DNA from: Pseudobdellovibrionaceae bacterium
GTDB lineage: Bacteria > Bdellovibrionota > Bdellovibrionia > Bdellovibrionales > Bdellovibrionaceae
NCBI GenBank assembly: GCA_947449255.1
Contig: CANFQX010000012.1
Coordinates: 30,668-94,667 of the forward strand
DNA length: 64,000 nt
Reading direction: 5' to 3'
Shown here: piece by piece, positions 19,889 to 27,568 of the stretch
How positions within the stretch are numbered: the first letter of the stretch is position 1
How the letters are laid out: every line of letters starts with the position of its first letter
Notes under the pieces: generated by a model
Database searches by the model: none
What the model saw: the letters and a program-made list of their open reading frames with translations, nothing else
What the model was told of the DNA's origin: nothing
Program-made: the position numbers and the translations under genes

Positions 19889-21847
19889 ATGAATCAAAAT
19901 ACGGACCTAGGCAAAACACTTCCACGACGTCCTCTGAAAGGATTGCAGAGCGGATTGCAGCGAGGAAAGCTGCTGTTGCAACAGATAGAAAAACGTATTG
20001 AAAAACGGCTCAGTCCTTTCATTGTTGGGGCCTTCACACATAAAAAAAAGCTGCATATTTTTATGTCCAACTCAGATAAAAAATTGGCCTTGCTTGAGGG
20101 CAATGACAACGAAGAATACCAAGTTGCCCCAAGCACACTGCATTCCACGCTGCCATCCAAAGCCTGTCGCCTGATTCAATTGGATTCGATTGATAAAGGG
20201 CAATTTGCCGTGATGGTGTTGCAAAGAAAAGGTGTGGCGATTTCTTTGACAAAGGATCTAAAAAAATGGAGTCGACTTTTTTTTATAGGTAAAACTTCAG
20301 AGGGTCAAAATTTTAACAGTGGAGTTCTCATACCAGGGTTTCAAAAAGAGGGTTTGTATGTGATGCTGCTGGGCGGAAAAAAAGTGCAAATCGCCACTTC
20401 AAAAAATGCTCTGGACTGGGATTTGAATTATAAAGATGTCTTAGATATTCCCGTTTCCCAGAATGAGGAAGTCCATCTTGATTTCGCTAAGAAGTTGGCC
20501 AACGGAATTTTAATATCCTATCGGTTTATAAATCTTGAGGACGGAGAGATCAAACATCGTGTTCACATGGCTTTGCTTGACAGTCACGATATTTCACGAA
20601 TCCTGTGGCGCACTTCAAAGTCGGTATTTGAAAGCTCACCAGACTGGGGCTCTGCCCATTTTGCGGGGGCGGTGCTTTATCGGGGGCAAATTCACAGTTT
20701 TTGGAATACAGAGGGACTAGGAACTTTGAAAGTTTCTTATTCGATTGAAGATCTGCCTTTTCAATTGACTCCAGATCATGTTGTTGCAATTCAAAGGGCT
20801 CGCGAAAATCCTGTGATTTATCCTCGACCACAATTTTCCTGGGAGTCTTTTGCGACCTACAATCCAGCCGCTTTTTATGCACGGGGAAGGATTCACATTC
20901 TCTATCGGGCCCAAGGGTCTGATCTTATTTCAAGCATCGGCTATGCGAGCTCCAAGGATGGAGTCAACATTGATGAAAGGTCCGAGTCCCCAGTTTATCT
21001 GCCTCAAGAAGTTTTTGAATCCTTTCAAAAAGCATCGCCAGATCAAGTGGTGCAAAAATATGTTTCAGGAGGAGGCATTGCAGGTTGTGAGGATCCCAGA
21101 GTTACTTTAATTGGGGAGCGCTTGTACATGACCTACGTGGCCTTTGATGGTTGCAGCCCTCCACGTGCAGCGCTGACTTCGATTGCTCTGGAGGATCTCT
21201 TAGTCAAAAAATGGAATTGGCAAAAACCTGTTTTAATATCAGAGCCCGGGATTGTTAATAAAAGTGCAGTTATTTTTCCTGAAAAAATCAAAGGCAAGTT
21301 TGTGATGATGTATCGGATATTTCCCGATATTCAGATCGACTACCTGGATGATTTGAATTTTGATGGATCCAGGTGGCTGACAGAGAAGGCTCGCATTCCA
21401 GTTCGTGAAAATATGTGGGACAGTCGAAAGATTGGCGCAGGTGCACCTCCCCTTAAAACAGCCGAGGGTTGGTTGTTGATTTATTATGGAGTCGATGATC
21501 GCGACGATCGGTTTTACAAAATTGGAGCTATGCTTTTGGATCTTGAGGATCCTTCGAAGGTGCTTTATCGCTCTTCGACACCTATCTTGGAGCCTGAGGA
21601 TTGGTACGAAAATTCTGGATTTAAACCCGGGGTCGTCTATCCCTGTGGAGCTGTCTTGCACAATGAAAAAATATTTGTCTATTACGGTGGGGCTGATTGT
21701 GTTGTCTGTGTCGCGAGTCGAGACCTTCACAGTTTTATCGAAGCCCTGAAGTCAAATCATGACATCAAATTTTCAAAACAAAAAGTATTGAGGACTGAAG
21801 CCTATGAAACTCACACGAAATCAATTCAACCCTATTCTTTCGCCTGA
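19889..21847 (+). CDS. GH130-like (DUF377) glycosidase/phosphorylase with a divergent N-terminal region
   Basis: C-terminal half: ENPVIYP..WESFATYNPAA, GCEDPRV, NKSAVIFPEKI, KIGAGAPP, VVYPCGA, YYGGADC. Confidence 0.85.
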   Translation: MNQNTDLGKTLPRRPLKGLQSGLQRGKLLLQQIEKRIEKRLSPFIVGAFTHKKKLHIFMSNSDKKLALLEGNDNEEYQVAPSTLHSTLPSKACRLIQLDSIDKGQFAVMVLQRKGVAISLTKDLKKWSRLFFIGKTSEGQNFNSGVLIPGFQKEGLYVMLLGGKKVQIATSKNALDWDLNYKDVLDIPVSQNEEVHLDFAKKLANGILISYRFINLEDGEIKHRVHMALLDSHDISRILWRTSKSVFESSPDWGSAHFAGAVLYRGQIHSFWNTEGLGTLKVSYSIEDLPFQLTPDHVVAIQRARENPVIYPRPQFSWESFATYNPAAFYARGRIHILYRAQGSDLISSIGYASSKDGVNIDERSESPVYLPQEVFESFQKASPDQVVQKYVSGGGIAGCEDPRVTLIGERLYMTYVAFDGCSPPRAALTSIALEDLLVKKWNWQKPVLISEPGIVNKSAVIFPEKIKGKFVMMYRIFPDIQIDYLDDLNFDGSRWLTEKARIPVRENMWDSRKIGAGAPPLKTAEGWLLIYYGVDDRDDRFYKIGAMLLDLEDPSKVLYRSSTPILEPEDWYENSGFKPGVVYPCGAVLHNEKIFVYYGGADCVVCVASRDLHSFIEALKSNHDIKFSKQKVLRTEAYETHTKSIQPYSFA

Positions 21848-22769
21848 TTCCAACAATGAGTGGGAAAGTTTTGCTACCTTTAACGGCAATGTTTTTAAAA
21901 AAAAGGGAGCCGCTCACATGGTCTACAGAGCTATGTCAGAGTATCGTCGCGTTGGCGGAAAAGAGTTGAGAGTGTCCTCCATTGGGCACGCCGTTTCTCA
22001 AGATGGTGTCACCTTCCAGGATCGAAGTCTGCTGATCAGACCTGAACGCCCCTGGGATCGCTTCGGCTGCGAAGATCCAAGAGCTGTGCATATCGATGGA
22101 AAGACCATTGTCTTTTATACGGCCATCGGAGCCTATCCTTTTGTTTCGAGCCACATCCGTGTCGGTGTTGCTATTTTTGATAGCAAACCAGAATATCACC
22201 TCGTCACTCCTTTCAATGCCAAAGCCATGGCCATGTTTTCTGAAAAAATCAATGGCAAGTATGCGGTGATTCTGAGTGCAAACACGGACCTCCCGCCGGC
22301 GACAGTGGGTGTGGCGATGTTTGACCAGCTTGAAGAGTTATGGTCGAATGAATTTTGGACAAATTGGTATCAGCAACTTGCAGAGCATGCACTGCCTTTG
22401 CAAAGACTAGAAACAGATCAAATTGAAGTGGGCGCAGCTCCCGTGAAAGTGAAAGAGGGATGGCTTTTAATTTATTGCAGAATCCAAAACTATGGCAAAC
22501 CCAACATGATCTTTGGAATTGAAGCGGCCTTGTTAGATGGAACAAATCCAAAAAAAGTTTTAGCTCGCAGTCAAAATCCACTCTTGATTCCCAAAGAAGG
22601 CTATGAAGTTTATGGAACGGTCCCGAATGTTATTTTTCCCTCGGGGGCAATTATTGTGGGGGAAGAGCTGCGGGTTTATTACGGAGGTGCCGACACAGTG
22701 TGTGCTCTGGCCACTTGTCATTTGCCAACGCTTATGAAAAGTTTAATGAACATCTACGCAGCTTTTTAA
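21804..22769 (+). CDS. Single-domain GH130-like glycosidase; paralog of the N-terminal half of 27569-29500
   Basis: NPIL..WESFATFNG, GCEDPR, EVGAAP, NVIFPSGA, YYGGADT; overlaps the upstream gene by 44 bp. Confidence 0.85.
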   Translation: MKLTRNQFNPILSPDSNNEWESFATFNGNVFKKKGAAHMVYRAMSEYRRVGGKELRVSSIGHAVSQDGVTFQDRSLLIRPERPWDRFGCEDPRAVHIDGKTIVFYTAIGAYPFVSSHIRVGVAIFDSKPEYHLVTPFNAKAMAMFSEKINGKYAVILSANTDLPPATVGVAMFDQLEELWSNEFWTNWYQQLAEHALPLQRLETDQIEVGAAPVKVKEGWLLIYCRIQNYGKPNMIFGIEAALLDGTNPKKVLARSQNPLLIPKEGYEVYGTVPNVIFPSGAIIVGEELRVYYGGADTVCALATCHLPTLMKSLMNIYAAF

Positions 22770-23039
22770 ATATTTAATCGATAAGATTTCCCTGTCCTTA
22801 AAAAAACAAAAAAACTGCAAGCGGGCGATGGTGTCAAGAAATCAAGGATATGATTGACCGCATGAGAATTGCGCATAACAAATGCTATGAATACTTTGGG
22901 TAAGGTGTAGTCCAGAAGACCTAAAAACGGAATGCCTTAAAAAGTGAGATGAGCACACTACAATATGTCCCCGTGAAAGTTGATAAGTACCTTTATGGGT
23001 TAAGTCGCTGGAAAATAGTCAGTGCGAAAAGGAGAATTT

Positions 23040-23069
23040 ATTTGCGCATAATTTTGCATACAGGCAAAT
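23040..23069. repeat. 30-bp imperfect palindrome, copy A
   Basis: ATTTGCGCATAATTTTGCATACAGGCAAAT; 27/30 identical to the copy at 26702. Confidence 0.8.
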
Positions 23070-23221
23070 TAAAAGGGTGAACTTTGCAGTACGGTATTCA
23101 TGTCTTTTTAATACTGGATCAGTTTAGCCTGCATGCAAATCGCTTTTTATCAAAGATCATTGTTTCTTTCTTGGTCACGGTTCACCGTTTTTTACCGGGC
23201 AATGAAGAAATGAGCGCTATT

Positions 23222-23381
23222 AAAACAGGCCCCTTAAATTGTTGATGGCGGTTTTTTTTACAGCTGCCCTCGGTTTCAGATCGTCTGGCCATCCTGTGCA
23301 GCCTTCCTCAAGCGCATCGTGCGCTTGAGGGCAAAGTATGTACTCGGGCTAGTCTGATCAACAATTTTAGGGGCCAGTTTA
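23222..23381. mobile_element. MITE-like non-autonomous element, 160 bp
   Basis: TIRs AAAACAGGCCCCTTAAATTGTTGAT (23222-23246) and ATCAACAATTTTAGGGGCCAGTTTA (23357-23381) match at 22/25; flanked by a perfect 9-bp direct repeat AGCGCTATT (23213-23221, 23382-23390); no coding capacity. Confidence 0.8.
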
Positions 23382-23407
23382 AGCGCTATTAAATATTCAA
23401 AGCTTTT

Positions 23408-23457
23408 ACATAGACATACATAGAAGTGCATATCGATACATTGACAAACATAGACTT
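23408..23457. repeat. Five degenerate 10-bp tandem units
   Basis: ACATAGACAT/ACATAGAAGT/GCATATCGAT/ACATTGACAA/ACATAGACTT. Confidence 0.6.
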
Positions 23458-23564
23458 GATCGGAGAATCCGAACGTTAATGTTGCCTTTACAGACCTTTG
23501 CCAAAAAGATCCCTAATTAAAAAATATTTTTTCAAAGACTTTTTTTCTATTTTCATTTAAGACT

Positions 23565-23795
23565 CCTATTTCCTATTTCCTATTTCCTATTTCCTATTTC
23601 CTATTTCCTATTTCCTATTTCCTATTTCCTATTTCCTATTTCCTATTTCCTATTTCCTAATTCCTAATTCCTATTTCCTATTTCCTATTTCCTATTTCCT
23701 ATTTCCTATTTCCTATTTCCTATTTCCTATTTCCTATTTCCTATTTCCTAATTTCTAATTTCTAATTTCTATTTTCTATTTTCTATTTTCTATTT
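23565..23795. repeat. 7-bp tandem repeat (CCTATTT)n, 33 units
   Basis: Counted: 13x CCTATTT, 2x CCTAATT, 11x CCTATTT, 1x CCTAATT, 2x TCTAATT, 4x TCTATTT. Confidence 0.97.
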
Positions 23796-24112
23796 TTTTT
23801 GTGAGCCCAGATCAAATGTAGATCTCCGATCGGAGAAGCGTTGCAATATAAAATTGCTTTTTAAGAATTTTTAATTTGTGACTAAAAATGAAGAGTTTTT
23901 TTGGAAAAAGTCATTGACCTAAATAGGGGTTTAAATACGCCCGCTAGGGCTCAAATCTCAATTTTAAAGAGCATTTTCTTCAATTCAACCAAGGTTCCCA
24001 GGAATAAAAACAAGATCGCTAGGAGCCCCTCTGGGAGCGCTTCTTTTGTCTCTCAAATTCCGTGTTATAACACTTTCACAGGTTGGACCAAAGGCAATCA
24101 AAGAGGTGAAGG

Positions 24113-25348
24113 ATGAGGATGAATACGAACATTTTAAGTTTCCAAAAGTCAGAGGCTCTAGAATTAAATAACTTGAAAAAACTCAGCGATGCGGCACTGA
24201 TTGATGGATTTAAAAATCTGATTTTGCGTGAAAAACGATTGGGCGATCTGGTCTTGTTGAATTTGCAAGAAATGAATTCCAGAAGAATTTATGCGCAGCT
24301 TGGTTTCGGAAGTCTTTTTGAATTTTTAGTTAAATATTTTCATCTCAGTGAATCCTCGGCCTATCAGCGAATCAACGCAATGAAATTAATTCAATCCATT
24401 CCCGAAGCCAGAGCCGCACTTGTTTCAGGGGAAACCAACCTGTCAACCATGGCGGCCACTCAGGGATTTATACGCAAACTTGAATCTGAAAAAAAAGCAG
24501 TCTTAAGTTTTCAAGAGAAAAAAGACATTTTTGATGCCGTTAAAGGTAAAACCCAAAAAGAGGCGAAGGCAGCCTTTGTCACCATAAATCCTGTGGCAGC
24601 GCTTCCTGCCAATAAAGAAAAGCCACTAACTGCAAATCACACCTTGTTGCAAGTGACTGTCGATCAAGAAACTTTCCAGCTATTGCAAGAAGTTAAAAGT
24701 CTTTTGAGTCACGAAATCCCTGACGGGGACGTAAATAAAATATTGAAAAAAATATTTAAAGAGAGTCTAGAAATTTTAAAAAACAAAAAAGGCCGCAGCA
24801 AAGGATCGAAAATTCAGACAACGGAGCCTCAGCGCTTTGTGACAGAAAGTAAAGTTGAAGAAATAGTTCATCAGCGCCATCGCACAGAAATGAAAGTTGA
24901 GATTATAGACCATCAATGCATAGCTACTGATTGTAAACTTCAATCCACAGATTATAAACTTCAAACAACTGACATTCAATGTCCTGGGAACAATCATCCA
25001 TCTTCAACCAATGATTCTAATTTTAGAAAAACAAATCAAAAATATCGAGGGACTAATCTTAAAATAAAACACCGATTCTCGAAGCACTGCGAAGCCAAAA
25101 AATCTTCTCGATTTATTCCGATCGAGACAAGACGTCTTGTTTTTCAAAAAGCGCAAGGCCGCTGTGAATTTATTGGCTCAGATGGAAAGCGCTGTGAAAG
25201 TCATTATCAGTTGGAAATTGATCATCAGTTGGCTTGGAGTCAGGGCGGTTCGCATGATGAAACTAATTTGAGATGTCTTTGTAGAGTTCACAATACTTTC
25301 CGTACCAAAGAAACCCACGGTTTTTGGTGGAGTGATCTTTACCGCTGA
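24113..25348 (+). CDS. HNH endonuclease domain protein (long helical N-terminus, repeat linker, C-terminal HNH)
   Basis: RFIPIETRRLVFQKAQGRCEF...RCES...LEIDH...QGGSHDETNLRCLCRVHN: zinc-binding HNH; RBS GAGGTG upstream. Confidence 0.88.
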   Translation: MRMNTNILSFQKSEALELNNLKKLSDAALIDGFKNLILREKRLGDLVLLNLQEMNSRRIYAQLGFGSLFEFLVKYFHLSESSAYQRINAMKLIQSIPEARAALVSGETNLSTMAATQGFIRKLESEKKAVLSFQEKKDIFDAVKGKTQKEAKAAFVTINPVAALPANKEKPLTANHTLLQVTVDQETFQLLQEVKSLLSHEIPDGDVNKILKKIFKESLEILKNKKGRSKGSKIQTTEPQRFVTESKVEEIVHQRHRTEMKVEIIDHQCIATDCKLQSTDYKLQTTDIQCPGNNHPSSTNDSNFRKTNQKYRGTNLKIKHRFSKHCEAKKSSRFIPIETRRLVFQKAQGRCEFIGSDGKRCESHYQLEIDHQLAWSQGGSHDETNLRCLCRVHNTFRTKETHGFWWSDLYR

Positions 25349-25493
25349 TTGATTGAAAGTCGCGCTGGTGAATCCATCATCATTTCTTCAAACGGAGATG
25401 AAATCTTATCTTTGCAGAAAAAAGGAAGGTCGGCAGAAGCAAAAAAACCTATTCACTCTTGACGTTGTAAAAGCATTTTGATCACATAAAAAA

Positions 25494-26669
25494 ATGGTAG
25501 CAAAAATATTTCTCCTCACTTTAATTTTTTCTATTTCGGATAGAGTTTGTGCGCAATTAAATCCCCTTGGTGCCACGAACAACCAATTTGCTTTTGAAAT
25601 CTACAAGACCCAATCGAAAGTTGAGGGTAATTTATTTCTTTCGCCGTTGAGTATTTATTCAGCCTTAGCGATGACATCTGCGGGTGCCCAAAAAGAGACC
25701 CTAAATCAAATGATTAAGACCTTGCACCTGCCTCAGAGTTACCATTCAGATTTCGCACAACTGCTCGGTCATCTTAAGGGAAATCAGGATTATCAACTAG
25801 CCATTGCTAATCGAATTTGGACTAGCACAGGAAAGGCGTATCGACCTCAGTTTTTGAAAATGCTATTAGATCATTACCATGCTTCACCGGTGAGTTTGGA
25901 CTTTAAGCATAATACTGAAGAATCACGAAAGTTGATGAATTCTTGGATTGCCCAACAAACTCAGAATAAAATTATAGACCTGCTTCTGCCCGGAATTATT
26001 GATCGTAATACAGAGATGGTTTTAACAAATGCCATTTATTTTAAAGGCAAATGGGCACTTCCATTTAGCAAGGAAATGACGAGGGAGGGGGATTTTCAAC
26101 TGGCCTTATCTAAAACAAAAAAGGCTAAATTTATGCACATGAACAAGGAGTTGAGATATTTTGAAAATAATGAGCTACAACTTGTAGAGATGATTTATCA
26201 GGGTCATCAGCTTGCGATGGATGTTTTGTTGCTAAGGCCAGGCATTGATCTAAACTCAGTGGAGCAAAAAATCAGTGGATCCAGTTTCTCTGCTATGACC
26301 AACAAGCTTTCAACTGTTCCAGTGGCGTTGACGCTTCCAAAATTTAAAGCTGAATCACAATTTGAACTTTCCGAGAACCTAAAAGCACTTGGAATGACAC
26401 TTCCCTTTGATGAAGATAATGCAAATTTTAGTGGAGTAAGAGATTTCGTGAATGAGAAGATATTTATTTCAAAGGTCATACATAAAGCTTTTGTGGATAT
26501 TAGTGAAGAAGGTACCGAAGCTGCTGCGGCTACAGCCGTCATTATGACTAAAGCGGGGGCCGTAACTCCGCCAAAAATATTTAATGCCAATCATCCATTT
26601 TTATTTATGATTCGCGATCTAAAAACCGGGGCGATTTTATTTTTAGGTCGTTATTCCAATCCGGCCTAG
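25494..26669 (+). CDS. Secreted serpin (serine protease inhibitor)
   Basis: Signal peptide; NLFLSPLSIYSALAM, LTNAIYFKGKW, LPKFK, hinge EEGTEAAAATA, FNANHPFLFMI..FLGR. Confidence 0.96.
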   Translation: MVAKIFLLTLIFSISDRVCAQLNPLGATNNQFAFEIYKTQSKVEGNLFLSPLSIYSALAMTSAGAQKETLNQMIKTLHLPQSYHSDFAQLLGHLKGNQDYQLAIANRIWTSTGKAYRPQFLKMLLDHYHASPVSLDFKHNTEESRKLMNSWIAQQTQNKIIDLLLPGIIDRNTEMVLTNAIYFKGKWALPFSKEMTREGDFQLALSKTKKAKFMHMNKELRYFENNELQLVEMIYQGHQLAMDVLLLRPGIDLNSVEQKISGSSFSAMTNKLSTVPVALTLPKFKAESQFELSENLKALGMTLPFDEDNANFSGVRDFVNEKIFISKVIHKAFVDISEEGTEAAAATAVIMTKAGAVTPPKIFNANHPFLFMIRDLKTGAILFLGRYSNPA

Positions 26670-26701
26670 GTTTAAAATCACTTGTCATTTGCCCGCACGA
26701 G

Positions 26702-26731
26702 ATTTGCGCATGATTTTGCATACAGATAAAT
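26702..26731. repeat. 30-bp imperfect palindrome, copy B
   Basis: ATTTGCGCATGATTTTGCATACAGATAAAT; 3 nt beyond the stop codon of the minus-strand MNT gene. Confidence 0.8.
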
Positions 26732-26734
26732 GTA

Positions 26735-27055
26735 TTAAAACAGAACAATTCCCTTTGTGCGAATTTCATTGAGGATTGGTGATGCCGCATTTGGATTGAT
26801 GTAATCAGCAAGTGAAATGGGAATCCCCTCAAAATTGGGGTTAATGTGCGTCGCAATGAGATTTAAAGCGGCGCCTTCTGCAAAGCGACTTTTTCCATAG
26901 TCTCTGGAAACTACGGCAATATCAATATCGCTTTCGGGCCGAGCTCTATTGTCGGCATAGGATCCAAATAATATTAGCAAATCTGGATGAATATTGTTTT
27001 TCTTAAGTTCAGTTCTCAGTCTAAGGACATCTATTTTAATTGTGCCAATATCCAT
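26735..27055 (-). CDS. Minimal nucleotidyltransferase (MNT), putative antitoxin
   Basis: 106 aa; LILFGSYADNRARPESDIDIAVV = GS-x10-DxD. Confidence 0.9.
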   Translation of the reverse strand: MDIGTIKIDVLRLRTELKKNNIHPDLLILFGSYADNRARPESDIDIAVVSRDYGKSRFAEGAALNLIATHINPNFEGIPISLADYINPNAASPILNEIRTKGIVLF

Positions 27056-27441
27056 AGTTGTATCCGTTGGCCTTCCGCTAAAAATTTGGATGTGAATTCA
27101 TCAGTAGCAATCTTTTGAATCTCTTCGATTTCATTCGGATATCTGGTTGCTAAGTTAAATTCATTTATATCTGACAAAAGTTGCGAATCAGGTAGTTCAA
27201 TATTAACTCCCGCTTTTTGTGCCAACATCAACAGATTATGGGTCAATGGTGCAAATTGATTCATATTTTGAACAAAAAGTGCTTTAAGTCCTTTTTCTAT
27301 ACTCAAATGGAGAAAAAAAAGTGCATGTGCATTTTTCTTCGCAAGACAAGCAATGTCAATTGCAGCCTGGAGATCTCCTAAGCAACCCTGTCGCCAATAC
27401 TCTATGTTCTTTATTTTCTGCTCTTCAGTCATCAACTTCAT
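27031..27441 (-). CDS. HEPN domain protein, putative toxin partner of MNT
   Basis: EYWRQGCLGDLQAA, HLSIEKGLKAL, THNLLMLA, TRYP; overlaps MNT by 25 bp. Confidence 0.88.
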   Translation of the reverse strand: MKLMTEEQKIKNIEYWRQGCLGDLQAAIDIACLAKKNAHALFFLHLSIEKGLKALFVQNMNQFAPLTHNLLMLAQKAGVNIELPDSQLLSDINEFNLATRYPNEIEEIQKIATDEFTSKFLAEGQRIQLWILAQLK

Positions 27442-27536
27442 CCGATACGATAATTAGAGTTACTGTCCAAATTACAGTCCAAATTATAGATCAGCAATAA
27501 AGTCTTAGGCAATTGATAAACCTCTTAGCCCTCAAT

Positions 27537-27566
27537 TTTCGCGCAAGATTTTGCATGCAGGTAAAC
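27537..27566. repeat. 30-bp imperfect palindrome, copy C
   Basis: TTTCGCGCAAGATTTTGCATGCAGGTAAAC; 24/30 to copy B; 2 nt beyond the stop of the GH130 gene ending at 27569. Confidence 0.7.
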
Positions 27567-27568
27567 TC

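Noticed and set aside
23565-23795. CRISPR array or coding repeat
   Set aside because: Contiguous 7-bp units without unique spacers and no cas genes; TAA variants and minus-strand TAG stops break the reading frames.
23901-24116. 71-aa ORF upstream of the HNH gene
   Set aside because: TTG start, no RBS and no recognisable motif; probably promoter/leader DNA.
23040-27566. Classical integron attC cassette array
   Set aside because: No RYYYAAC/GTTRRRY cores, the sites are too short, and there is no integrase in the window; kept only as an unknown repeat.
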